Notes: generated by a model from the letters alone, not told the origin. 64,000 nt of DNA from Camelus ferus (GCF_009834535.1 NC_045697.1:63242001-63306000); one strand, 5' to 3'. Shown: positions 1-12,789, counted from the first letter of the stretch. Made by a program: numbers and translations.

Positions 1-639
1 GTGAAATCAATTAGAAAATCCCTTAATGTTGCATTCAATAATGTTGAATTCAAATGGAGCAATGTATATATTTGATTGCATGAAGATAGTCCGTATTAAT
101 ATTCTCATTATAGAGAAAAGAAATACTAGCCAATTCAGAAAGTAATGATTGTAATTCAGTTTTAATACAATCTAAAAGTGAAAACAATTTAACTACTCTT
201 AATATAGTCTTATTTTTTAAGTTCTGAAAGTCATTTTTTGTCTAATAGGAGGAAAATTACATCTCATATATGCCAATTGAATTATATTAGAAAACTCAAA
301 TGCATTTTTTGCAATGTATGTATGAGTTTATATATTTGTAAATTGGATCTTAAATTCTCTTAATTATCTTTCAGTGACTGCTTAAAACTGGTGAATAGTA
401 CTATTTGCTTGCATAAAATGTCTTTTTTCTTGTCTTAGCTACTTTATAAATATCCATTCTTTTTATTTAGAGGTATATATTGAAGTAGACAGCATTTGTT
501 AACTGGCTGCCCTTTTTCTTCCTGTTATCCTGCATTCACTCTGATACTCTCCTTTATTCTCTGAATCTATTTTGTTATTTAAACTCTCCCTCAACAGAAT
601 CATTCATTCATTTGTGCAGGTTTTGTTATTGGTTTTGTT

Positions 640-840
640 TTTCTAAGTCAGAGAGACCTTGGTTAAAATCTTACCTCTGCTACGTATCAGATGGAAATTG
701 GAGACATTTTATTTAAACTCTTTGTCTACATCTGTTAATTGGGGTGATATCACCATATTTACAGGGTCGTTGTGAATGTTATGTGAAGTAATATTGTTAC
801 AAGATCTGAAATCTCAAAATCCGTAAAGGTGTTAGTTATG
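640..840 (+). mobile_element. MIR SINE relic
   Basis: MIR-like core: 'gtcagagagaccttggttaaaatcttacctctgctac...ctgttaattggggtgat...acagggtcgttgtgaatg'; highly diverged, boundaries approximate. Confidence 0.6.
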
Positions 841-1384
841 TTGCCCCTTCCATAGCTGCAGCTACCAACATTACTGGTGACTTACAGATATAAATTCTTC
901 TCCTCAAGTTTCTTATTATGCAAGTTTAATATTTAAATTCTTGACCAGACTTATCTAACTAGATAACCTACCAGAATCTTATGCTAAATGTGTCTAAATC
1001 AAATTAATGACTCCTCTAGACCCCTCAAGTTTTTCATTCCTTCTGATTTCTGTATTTATGTAGAGCTACCATTATTTTTCTTAAGATCACAATATGTTTT
1101 CCCTCACATCTCACATTCAGTTAGTTATTGATTACTTGATTAATGTCTCTATTATATTTTTCTTACCATTTGAGCTGACCAGGAAGGCATAGACTTCTCA
1201 TATTTTAAAACTTATTCTAATATATATATATTCAGTTGTGATCTTATTGAAGCCATCCAAATGATGGTCATATATCAAATGGAAATTACATATGCCCTCC
1301 ATGTCTCATGCTACTGTTTTGATAATTATATGGTAAGTGTGACTATATGGCAAGAACACAATATAAATTCAGATATAGTGATTA

Positions 1385-1965
1385 ATTCAGAACTCTTGTT
1401 TGCCAATGAACAAAGCCCAGATGCAAATTGGTTTCAGAAAAATCAAGGGTGGTGATTGTTATTGTATAACAATATGTAATTGAAAGTGTAGAGGTAAAAA
1501 TGTCCTCAAGTATGATTCAATCTAGTACTCTGACGATGTCCTGGAGGGTCATTCTCTCCATCTACATCTCTGTTCTGCTGTCTTGTCTGTAGTTTCCATT
1601 TTCAAAGAGGTTCCTCTAGTGGTGACATTACTGTCTTCAGCAGCTACTGGGACAAATTTTTATCTTTTCAACAAATCCAGTGGAAATAAATGATTTCTCT
1701 TTCCCTTTAATCAAAATAATAAAGCCATATCTGAGTGTCATTGACTTTGACCAGCTTAGCTTGTTTGACATGACTATGCTGAGGCATTCACTGTACCCAG
1801 GAATATTTGATGATGTGATTGGCTGGAATCAGATTACATGACAAACTCTGCAGCAGAGGGTGAAGATGAGATGGAAAAAGTGATTCCACACTCAAAATAG
1901 GGGTGATGTTGGTGAAAGAAGGCAGATACAGATGCTAGGAAGTCAAAACAGTGGCTGCTCAATAT
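1385..1965. mobile_element. Ancient MaLR (MLT1-type) solo LTR
   Basis: MLT1-like start 'actcttgtttgccaatgaacaaagcccagatgcaaattggttt', internal 'tgattggctggaatcagattacatg', end 'gatgctaggaagtcaaaacagtggctgctcaata'. Confidence 0.55.
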
Positions 1966-4571
1966 AGGCAGTGTCATCATTAGTTTTAAAAGTCAGAATT
2001 CTTTATTATAGATATTAAAATATAGATGCTGAAATAACTACATTAAAACTATGGATGTTGAAATACTACTTTAAAATACAATTATGTATATCTTCAGTTC
2101 TCGTTTTAAATAATTTTTCACCTACTTAATTCTATTCGATATTATTTTATCCACCTGTGCTGTTGAGAGGCAGTATAACTTGATGGTTAGGAATTCCTGC
2201 CTTGGGCTGTTTTTTGATGCTTTCATAACCAAAGTTTGTTTATTTTTAATATAGGAGTTACTTTATCTATCTTGGAGAGCCATACCTTAAACACAATATG
2301 AAGTCGAGAATATAATTAAAAAAATTTTTACAATAAATATATTAGGTAAATAAACATATCACATTTTTATAAATGGAGTTACCAAAGCCCTGTGTAGTGT
2401 TATTCATTTTGTGTATATTGGATTTCTTATGAAAAATAATAACCCACCAATATAATACTGAGTTATCAGAATGCAGTAAGTTGAGACATTGTCTTTGGAT
2501 ACCTAATATTCCCTTTAAATTCAGAATGGAATTATCTCTTTATGTAAATATTTATTTCTAACTTTACATGTTTCACATGATGAATTCATAAACCATTGAG
2601 TCTTTGAAGCTTGGAAACTGTAATTTAGAACTCCGTAGGTATCTTGCTAGGAAGAACTGCAATCATCTTCTCAGTACATGGGCTCCAGAATACATAAGAC
2701 TTTTCAGACAAAAGAATTTGTAAGATAATGTATTTTTGAGGCTGTTGTAATCTAAGTGAAAAGGTAAAAAATACACATAAAAAGGTAAATCACAGTATAA
2801 AGACAACAGATGCTATTTCTCCAATGTAAGGTATAGATTTTGGTCAAGCATATGATTGTTGGAAGCTAAGTCAGGTTTGTTGATATAGCAGTATAAATTT
2901 ATTTATGAAAATAAATCCGGAATATTGGTCTTAATTATACCATTGTATTGATATGTCATTTTAGAATGTAAGAATTTTATGACTGACATATTTCTATTAT
3001 CTTACCAACTTTTAGTCATATTCTGGTGATTAATAAATAGTCTCTGTTTGACAATTTAAAAAAATATTCTCATGTATGTATCAGTTTTAAGATACATTCA
3101 ATAAGAAAAAAATAGAAATTATGAATTCCTTTTAGGAGTGAAGTATAAATTTTTCAGCATGGCAAGTGATAGGGAGGAAGTACCTGAATCTTCTAGGAAG
3201 GAAACCTACATTCTGAGCACTATAGTGGGACTGCGTCAGAGTTTGTCTCTCATTTATGTATCTAAAGTTTATCTTAATTCAGAAAACAAAGATGTAGATT
3301 TTACTTTACTTTTCAGTCTAGGTAGTTCAGAATGCCATGAAAAGGATAAGTTTTATGAAAAAATAGAAAAATCTCTTTGATGCAAAAAGAATATACAATT
3401 TTCAAATATTTGACCATCAGTGTAGAATGTTGGGATCAAAGCGATAAGCGTGAATCTTTATACATTTATTAAAATCCTCATATTAAAAATATGTCCTCAT
3501 ACTAAAAAAAACTGGGGAGAGATGCACAGTTAATTTGGGAGGTGGTAATGGAAGAACCAGTTGGGGAGACAGCCAGGAGGATGGCAGGTGCTGGGAGCCT
3601 CGTCCAGCGGTTGGACAGTAGGGGGCAGGTCTAGGGGTCCCTGGAGGCAGAATCTGGGGTATCACCCACGACTCCACATGAGAGTACCTCCTGCAGCCCA
3701 GGAAAGCCCGGCTGGGTCCCAGGCAATCAGAGGGAGATGCTAGCTGCAGGCGGGGTTCCGGTGGCCCCAGCATGTTACTCAAAAGTGGACATTTCTCAAA
3801 ATACAGCTGTGTGCAAATGAGCACCTCATGAACGGTATATAAAATTCAATATCTGAAGAGAATGAAAGAATACTGCTTCCATGATTGGTTATGGATTTTA
3901 TTTTGTGTTTTTATTAGAAATATGTTGTTGACATGCAGACGCCCTGTTTCTATGTATCATAACTCAATAAAAAGAAGGGGTTTTATGGCCATTGTAAATT
4001 TAGAAATGTAGACATGAAAGGTAGAGTGAGAAATTATTCTGTTACTTCTTTGTCCACTTCCATATTTTGTTTTTATTTTATATACAGAGATCTAAGCTTC
4101 TTAAGAGATTTGATCTATTGTTTCCTTTTATGGAAACAAAGCATTACCTATCTCTTCAGTCATTCACTCCAAGTTTCAAGGCTTCCTTGGAGTGTTTCAC
4201 CTTGTTGACCTGAGGAAGGTTCACTGAGCTGCTTCTGAAAGGGCACAATGCTATCATTTAGTACAGAATGACTTGTTTTTAAAGAATGGCTAAACTTAAC
4301 CTATTTCATTCTTAGAGGATACTTAAGAACACAAGTTGAAAGTTCCATCAGCTCTTTTTATTTGGTTTTACAATGAATGAATACTGTCATATGTTAAATT
4401 TGGAAAAGTTTAAGGCCTCTCCGATGTACACCCTTTAAAAATCTTTTCTTATAACTTGGTTTTGTTTAAAAAATAAAAAAATCACATTCTTGTTTTAATT
4501 GTTGTATCTTAATTATCTTTAGCTAAATATAACATTTTTAAATCAAAGAAATGGATATAACACTTTGACTT

Positions 4572-4592
4572 AAATAATAATAATAATAATAA
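4572..4592. repeat. (TAA)n microsatellite
   Basis: Run of ataataataataataataa. Confidence 0.85.
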
Positions 4593-5524
4593 CACAATAC
4601 AGCTGATCTTGTTTGGAATAGATTCTCCAGATTGGAAGAGGTTTTAAAGATCACTGGGTCCCATTACCTCTTTGGCCGTAAATCCACCTACATTATTTAT
4701 ACAAAATAGTCATATAAAAATTTCAATGACAAGAAGCCCACTACATCCATTGACTGTTATCAAATCCATTCTTATACCATAATCTATCTTTGTACATATC
4801 ATCCTTGAAATCTCCATTATGTCTTTTACATCCACACAGAACCATGAATAAGACATTTCTATTCCCAAATTACAGAGACAATACTAAGCTTAATTCTGTG
4901 ATATCTAATATCTAAACTCTATATTATTAAAAACAAATTTTATTTTGATGCACTAGATTATGGTATCTCTGGAAATATGTTGACATTTTAAATGGATATG
5001 CTGGGTGAAGAGAGCACCTTTTTTTTCCACCTTATACCATCTCTCTAAATTCATATATGCCTTTTCATTCCTTGACAAAACATGGAACTTTAACCTTACT
5101 GATAAGGACTTAACAAAAGTTATATTCCAAACAAACATAAAAACAGAGAAAATAACAACAACAATAAAAGTGTTAATTACCTAGTAAAACGAATGGTACT
5201 AAGTAGGAAAGAAGGATTAAAAGAAACAGTTTTCTTCCTGGCTCATTTGAGGAGAAATAGGTGCACAAATGAAGAGGTACTGATTGATTGTGATAATCAA
5301 CAGTGAAGAATTGTGTTACTTAAGTTCTTCTATTTATTCTGTTGATTTGCAAATGCTAATCATCTTTTACATTCTTGGTTTCTAATGACATTCATATTTT
5401 TTAGGTTGTAAAAGTCTATAAAAAGAACTGAATATGAAATAAAATGATTGTCTAGTGTGTCGAGTTCTACACTTAGTAACTAAAGTAACTGAAAGGAAAG
5501 TATAATTTATTCTTTTTTTAAAGG

Positions 5525-5700
5525 GTCATCTGGGACAACTTTCTTAATCTATATGTGCCTTGGTTTCCTCAGGTACAACCTGGGGATGATAATAACACAG
5601 AACATTGTTGGGGAGGATTAAATGAGTTAATATTTGTAAAGCTTAGAATAATGCATGACACTTAGTATGAACTATATAAGTGCTAATGAATAAACAAATA
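5525..5700 (+). mobile_element. MIR SINE (core and 3' end)
   Basis: 'ttcttaatctatatgtgccttggtttcctc...ggggatgataataac...gaggattaaatgagttaatatttgtaaagcttagaata' matches the MIR core. Confidence 0.8.
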
Positions 5701-6719
5701 TACTATTTTGAACAATATATGTATAAATTCGACAAACAATATTCCAGTGTCTACAATGTATAAAATTTTGTGTTGAGTACAAGAGATTAAAAAACAAACA
5801 AAAAAGAGACTAATGGAAAATACCTGTCCTCAAAAAATACTCGTCTTAAGTGTCTGGTAAGAGACATCACAGAATAAGGCAATTTTATTTTTGTCTAATA
5901 AGTACTATAATAGAGGTGTTCAAATATTATAGTAGTGAATGGGAGTGACTTCATCTAAAAGAACCTTGATTTTTTTCAGCAATTGTGGGGATCCTTTAAT
6001 TTGGAGGTTTGAGAATAGTCATCAATGTTTATTATAGACTCCTTTAAAAAGCAAAGTGAGGCTCCTTCACATTTTACAAAATGCTTTCCTAGATTTTCAC
6101 TCCTTAGAATGTCTCTGTGAAGTTTGTGCTGCCAGTGTTTGTTTTACAGAGAACTACAGTTTAGAAATACAAACAGCCTTATCATGTCCCAGACAAGTGA
6201 GTCAGGTTTTCAAACTCCTAGTTCAGAGATCTTTTCAATCTGTATGAGAAAATTACTGTTTGAATTCATGTGGCATCTTCAAATATTAATTATTCAAATA
6301 TTTTCTATGTTAAAGTTGAAATATTAACAGTGGCTAGGAATAAATCAAACCTAACTCTATTTTCAATTTGACAGTATCAGATAACTATAATGGTTGGTTC
6401 TACTTGCTAAATTAAAGATAACTTATTTTATCCCCAAAATAAATAAAAATTAATCATTTTTGATTTTTGAGTACCTACTATTTATCATTATCCTAAGTAC
6501 ACAGCAGATTAAGAAAAAGATTTTATTGTAAAAGAGACTCAAATTTAGCAGTTGAAAAAAGATAACTTTGAAAAATAAGTAATTACATGTTACGAATAAG
6601 TAAACTTGAGAAAATATCTAAAATCATAAATTCCATAGAACATCATGTTTATATAGACCTCCTCGACTATCCTTACCCCCAACTTCCTCCTATAAGAGAT
6701 ATTAAATCAGTCATTTTTA

Positions 6720-6900
6720 ATTTTCTTTTTTGTGCCCAGAATTATTCTACACGTTTTATATTTATATATTGAAAACCTAAACAACCTTAGAAAGCAGGTG
6801 CTGTTGTCCTTACTTTATTGATAAAGATACTGGATTTCAATAAAATTAACTTGCTCTACGTCATCTGCTGATAAGTGGAGATATGTTAGATTTCAAAGCT
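6720..6900 (-). mobile_element. MIR SINE relic
   Basis: Reverse-orientation MIR phrases 'acaaccttagaaagcaggtgctgttgtccttactttattgataaagatactgga...aacttgctctacgtca'. Confidence 0.5.
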
Positions 6901-8017
6901 TTTGATTTTTTTCTATTAGTCTATCATGAAAGGGGAAAAACAGGAAATTAATATTGGGTGGTATAGCCTTGTTTATGGTGTTATTAAATATTTATGTTAT
7001 TATCCACATTATAGAAAAGTTGAAATGAACTATTTCATTTATCGGCAAACAGAATTCTTCCATAGGATGTCAGCAGGGGCAGTTGAAGGTGGCACCATGA
7101 CTTTTATCTGTGCATGAGAGCTACTTCCACAACAATGGTGGTGCATCAGCAGTCTTTTTTAGTGATCTGATACACTGTATTTCAATATCACACTATAAAG
7201 AGTACAATGTACTGTACTGCACTGATGAACTGAAACACTTCAGTCATCTTATCAGGCTGTTCCAACCCAACTGAAAAATAGCATTTGTGTGTTCACTGTA
7301 CAAAGAAGGATTGCCAGATCAGATGCAAATGTTACAGTAGGATTTCTTGACTGTTCTGCACAAGGGACCAGAGATTATGACTCGCTAAGGAGCAGAAAGA
7401 GAAAAATAACAACGCTTAATCAAGTGGAGCAGTTCCTCTGAGGATTTTTATTTATTTATTTAGTATTAAAATCCACTGGTTCTTGAGTAACACACGAAGT
7501 ATAAAAATAATCAACTTTCTTGAATCTTTTTTAAATTTAATTAATCAGTAACTCATGAGACTACATTTTCCATTAAGGTGAATAGATATTATGAACACAG
7601 AAGGATCCTCTCATAAGCAATAGCAATTGATACAGCTTAACTGATGAAACACCTAGACTGCCCCTTTTTTCTTCCCACCTTGGGCTTCTTTCTGCGTGAG
7701 TAGGACCTCAGGCCAGAGGGTGAATTCAGCCCATCTAAGCTCTGTCCACCACTGCTGGTGATGGCCTCTTCCTTTGCAGCCCTGTGGGCCATTGTGTGGG
7801 AGTACATCGGGGAGGGGAGGACTCAGAGCCGCCTGAATGGGAATTCCTAGCACGGTGGGTGGTGGAGGCAAAGGCTCAAAGAGCCATAGGAACCCTGGCT
7901 CTTTGGAACTCTCGCCTTGTCGAAAGAGGCACCACCAGAGAAGGGAGAAATGCACTCCTCTCAAGTACAGAACCCAAGGCAAGAATTTGGCCTGCCTAGA
8001 ACTAAGGGCAGTGGTAC

Positions 8018-8208
8018 TGAAGGATAGATTTAGGTTTTGTGAGGCCTGAAGTTTAATATCTGGAAGAGCCATTAAAAAAAAAAAAAGTCAGAAAAAAGAA
8101 AGAAAGAAAAAAAAGGATCTTTTCTAGGGCTTTGTGAAGGGCCCTCAGGTACAAGTGAGGGCTCTGAAACTTAAGCTTCCTCTTCCTCACAGTAAATGCC
8201 TCACCCCT
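8018..8208. mobile_element. MER53-like hAT DNA transposon fossil
   Basis: 'gatttaggttttgtgaggcctgaagtt...agggctttgtgaagggccc...caagtgagggctctgaaacttaagcttcc...cacagtaaatgcc' follows both ends of the recalled MER53 consensus around an A-rich middle. Confidence 0.65.
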
Positions 8209-8226
8209 GCCACCAGCGTGAAAAGT

Positions 8227-8659
8227 CTAGGGGAGAGGTTCTCCGTTCCAAGTTGGTGAGAGGAGTTTTAAAGAGGTTGCACTTGGCTCTAAGACCTCGT
8301 GACTGGGCACAAAAGTGGTCTCTGCCGAGGTCTCCTTCTGGGTGGGCCAACTGTCCTGCGGTTCCCTTGTCAAGACTGGATGGGTATATCCTTAGCCTCC
8401 ATCTCCTGGGTTTTCTCGTACTCCAGATACTTCACAGAAACCATCTCGGCCTCCCTGACCAGCTCTGAGAGCTCAGGACACTACTACTGCTTTCGCAGCT
8501 GGCCGGTCCATCCTCAGTCTCCAGACTTTCTGGCAGGTGTCAAAATCTTGTCCGTGTTCTGCTTCGTTTTTCTCAGGCGTACGTCAGCATCTGTCTCTTG
8601 TGTTTTCAATGGCACAAAGCACATTTGAAACTCTAAGTGATTCTCTTGAAGACCCTTCA
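8227..8659 (-). pseudogene. Possible decayed terminal coding exon of an unidentified gene
   Basis: Minus-strand acceptor-like 'ttctaatcccaaatctag' at 8660, then a frame VKGLQENHLEFQMCFVPLKTQE...RKSGD*GWTGQLRKQ**CPELSELVREAEMVSVKYLEYEKTQEMEAKD, shifting to PVLTREPQDSW...WNGEPLP*; 13 CpGs in 8217-8583; protein not recognised. Confidence 0.3.
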
Positions 8660-8944
8660 CTAGATTTGGGATTAGAAAGTTACTCCTCCCAATGCCATCT
8701 CTTCCTCCTAAAACCATGGAGGAGACTCAAATTTAGGCAACAGCTCTTTCCACAGAAATCTCTTCACTTATCTTCTCTGACAGCTGCCTCTACCCTTGAA
8801 CTGACCAAAATCACAAACAGGTGTCGTTTTTTCCAAAAACCTGCATGGGAAGAGGGCTGTTTCATATTCACAATAGTGCCTTATATTTATCATACCCATG
8901 CCTCAGTTTCTTTGTTTCAAATGAAAATTATGTTTATTAGAAGT

Positions 8945-9540
8945 CACAACTGATCAAAAGACATCCCATCAACTGAAAGAAAGATTTGCAATGCACAAAG
9001 CAACTCAAGTTTGGAAATCAAAATATTAAAAGAACTTCTCCAAGTAAATAAAAAAGAAAGACAGATTCCCCCAGCAAAGAAATGGACAAAAAATATGGAT
9101 AGGCAATTTATGGGACAGGAAACACAAATGTCCAATAAACACTTACAAAGATGTGCAACATCACTAGAAATAATTCAATGAAAATCAAAACCCGATGAGA
9201 TGCCGGGCCATACCTGTAAGATTGGCACAAGTATAAAACCTGACAGGGCTAAGTGTGGGCAAGGGTGTGGGCAATGGGGAACCCCTTCCAGAGAATGGTT
9301 TAATACTGTCTGTTGCAGTGAAAAAATGTATGTGTCTTACGACTGCCATCCATTTCCAGAGAAACCTCACACCAGCTCCAGGAGCCCACGAATGTTTATA
9401 GTAGAACTGTTTGTAAAGCAAACATTGCAAGCCATGCACATTTCCATTCACAGGAAATTGTATACATTCATTTTGATACATTAATATAATGCAATATTAT
9501 TACACACCAACAAAAATAACTAAAGTGGAGTTATAAGTTA
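8945..9540 (+). mobile_element. Old L1 (L1ME-like) fragment, ORF2 end and 3' region
   Basis: 'gaaagatttgcaatgca...aaagaacttctccaagtaaataa...aaatggacaaaaaatatggataggcaattt...caaatgtccaataaacac...aagatgtgcaacatcactag' are diverged L1 3' landmarks. Confidence 0.8.
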
Positions 9541-9639
9541 AACATTTACCAGCACACTACTGGGTAGTAGTTGTGCCTTCTGGATCCCCAAGGCTTGTGT
9601 TGGGGAAGAGGGAGCTGACTGTCCCTGACTGGCTCCAGG

Positions 9640-9820
9640 ATGAGAAATAGGATCTTGGTGGGGATGATCTAGGAAGGTAGATTTGGGTTGAAAATAAAGA
9701 AGAGTTTTCTAACAAGCAAGGCTGGCCAAGGACAGAAGAAACTGCCCTCTAAGGAATGAGCTGCCTGTCATTGGAGGTATGTGAACAGAAAAACAAACTA
9801 AATGCATTGCCAGGTGTATT
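9640..9820 (+). mobile_element. L3/CR1 (or MIR3) relic
   Basis: 'ggaaggtagatttgggttgaaaataaagaagagttttctaacaa...ggaatgagctgcctgtcattggaggtatgtgaacaga' resembles the L3 3' consensus. Confidence 0.6.
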
Positions 9821-10874
9821 GAACATACTGCTCTTTAACTAATCATCTTCAGAATCTTGGTTGAGTTGAAGGACCAATTTATAAAGGTTGGTCTATGTTG
9901 CTACCAGTAAAGACAAAGTTTGGTTAAAGTTCTCCTCGTTCTCCATTCCACTGTTAATACAGTGGATAATGTCTAATGCCAGTAGAAATTACTTAAGTTT
10001 CAAGAGGGCAGACACTTACGTGTATTTCCTGTTAATCAGTACTCTTTTAGTTTATAAATGACTTACTCAACTCAAAAAGATCTTAAAGACGAAAACAAAA
10101 AAAATTGCAGACTCATACAAATTTAAAATATAAATTTCTTCTGGGGACTTATTCTATATTTTTCTGCTGTACATATTTTATTTATCTATGATAATTTTGT
10201 GCCAGTAGAAAGAATGCAGTTGTCAAAATAGCTGTTGTGTATACTTTGTAAATTTGATATCAGTTGGCACAGAAGTAATTCATGGTTTCAGTTTCAAGGT
10301 TCAGAGATATTTCTGGGCTTGTTAAATTTGTAGATATTAAGCAATGATCATTCCTCCTGCCCCAAATTAAAAATATCAAAAAAAAAATAAAAATTTCATA
10401 TTATAATTGCATTATAATTATACAGATGATGATATTTAAAATCTGTAATTATTGTACAATATGTTACAAATTAGTATTTCTGTTACTTTATTTAAAAAAA
10501 AATCAAAACCAACCAATGAGATATACGTTAATCTGAAAGCAGGAATTTATCAAGTGTAAAATGTTACTTCTAAGCCATTTAAATTGACAGAATAATAACA
10601 AATGCAAACTAATTCATATGAAACCAAAAAACCATGTTTATGCTTCATACGTAAAAAATTGTGGAATATGTGTATTATCATTTCACTGTCTTTAAAATAA
10701 AAGCTCATAGAAATTATACATAAAAATGGACCACATATGTGCTGTTTACTGCACTGCTTACATACTAATCTGAAGGAGGATTGTTGGTAAGCTGCAACAG
10801 TTCAACTTTAGGCCAGAATCATTCAGCATTTTTATTATGTGTTCAATGATAATTGAAACCCCCTTTTAAAAGAG

Positions 10875-11460
10875 TTAGAAAAATGATGCAGCTGTGGAAG
10901 ACAGTATGGTGTTTCCTCAAAAAATTAAATATAACATATCATCTGAAAGTTCCACTTTTTTATATATACCCCAAAGAATTAAAAGTAGAGACTCTAACAG
11001 ATATTTGCACACCCATGTTCATAGCAGCATTTTTCACAATATACAGTAGATGAAAGCACCCCAATGGCCATCGACAGATGAATGGATAAACAAAATATAG
11101 TACATACAAACAACAGAATGTTATTCAGCCTTAAAAAGGAAGGAAATCCCCCCACCTAAATAAATAAATAAACGGACATGCTTAAAAAGGAAGGAAATCC
11201 TGACATATGCTACAATGTGGACGAAACTTGATGAATTATACTCAATCATATGAGCCAGCCACAAAAGAGCAAGGAAGCTAGTGGAATGGGGGATTATTAT
11301 TTAATGGATGCGGAGCTTCAGTCTGGGGAGACAAAAGAGTTCTGGAGATGGATGGTGGTGGTGGTTGCACAACAGTGTGGATGTACTTAATGCCACCCAA
11401 CCCCACATTTTAAAATGATTAAAATTTTTAATTTTGTGTTATAAATATTCTACCACTTAC
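10875..11460 (+). mobile_element. L1 (L1MB-like) 3' fragment
   Basis: 'gcagctgtggaagacagtatgg...acccatgttcatagcagcattt...gatgaatggataaacaaaat...ttctggagatggatggtggtggtggttgcacaacagtgtggatgtacttaatgccac'. Confidence 0.9.
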
Positions 11461-11659
11461 ACACACACAGTGTACAGGGCTCTGAGAAAGGTAGTTTAAT
11501 ATGTTGTTAAAGCATATCCCAAATACCATCTACCAAAGATTAGTGCCAAGGTGATGGTTCACATAAGCAGTGGTTAAATACATGATTCCAAGAGCTTATG
11601 CTAGGAGATTCATCTTTCCAAACCAGGCTTTCTAGTTCTGTAAGTTCAGCATTCTAATT

Positions 11660-12360
11660 ATCTTCTCTCTTAGGATGTCTCAAAAGCATCACAAACTCAG
11701 CATGGCTAATTGTAAATTTCCTGTTTAACAACCATCCCACAAACTTAAATAATCAAAGACATTTTTCTAAGACCACTTTCTCCTCAGGTGTTAGCTAGCT
11801 TAGTAAATGATTTTACCATCTACTTATTGTTCATTTCTGAAACCAAAGATGGTTCCTGATACCAAGGCTCTCCAGCAGATTTTCTCTGAATGCACTGCTG
11901 CCACCTTACAAAGAATTCACAGCTGATCTCAGTAACCTAAGTGGAATTCCACATTTATTCTTGTCTCTCCTTCCAGACAGTCTTCACAACTCAGACATCT
12001 TTCAAAAGTGAGATCTCAAAATCATTATCCTTAGCATCAAGTTAAAGCCATTCTGATATGTCCTTCAGGGCCTTAAATTGTCTAGCTCCCTTCCATCTCT
12101 CCCTTTGTCCTGTCTTAAGCCAATTCTCTTATTCTCTCCCCTCACACTGGCTTTCAGTTCTTAAATACATACTTCCTTCTTTTGCTTAGGGCTTTAATAT
12201 ATTTTGTTTAATTTGCCTAGAATTCTCCTCTTACCTTGTATACTAGCTGGCTTCTATTCATCTGTTTTTATGGTAGTTTTTTTTTTTCTAAGTAAGGAGA
12301 CTCTATTTTATGCTTTACATTCAAAGTTTTCCTTTACATTACTTATCATAGAAATAGTTA
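11660..12360 (+). mobile_element. L2 LINE relic
   Basis: 'tcttggatgtctcaaaagcatcacaaactcagcatg' plus pyrimidine-rich L2 3' features ('cagggccttaaattgtctagctcc', 'ctcacactggctttc'). Confidence 0.55.
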
Positions 12361-12789
12361 AATACATGAAAATGTAACCTCATCACATTGTGGTCATCAG
12401 TCCTTTAAGTTAGACTTTCCCTTGATTTCCAAATAAAAAGTCATAGACTTTACTCCCAGGAACTGTATTAAATACAATGATTCTCACCTCCATGCCTACA
12501 TCTCAGAAAATTACCAATAATTTCTCCTGGTCATATCTTCATCCTATATACAGTGTCCTTCCATCAGTGTCCTAAAGTTCCCCTAACATCCTGACATGGA
12601 CTCTTCTGCTGTTTTCTTTCCTTGGTGTTCTCTTGCTGCTTTTCTCTTCCTGTTTTTAATTTCCTTAGTATTTTTTTCAAGATCCTTCTCCACTTTTTTT
12701 ACCCTCATCCTGTATATGCCCCATGCTCACTCCAAAGTTACCCTTTGAAAACACATTCTGGAAAATAATATTAGTTGTCATCTTCTTTT

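Noticed and set aside
3483..3824. 113-aa proline-rich minus-strand ORF
   Set aside because: Its openness is explained by high GC; the start is non-ATG, I recognise no homology, and it runs into the AT-rich flank
8073..8114. A-rich run as the polyA tail of a retrocopy
   Set aside because: It lies inside the A-rich middle of the MER53-like element, and no TSD flanks it
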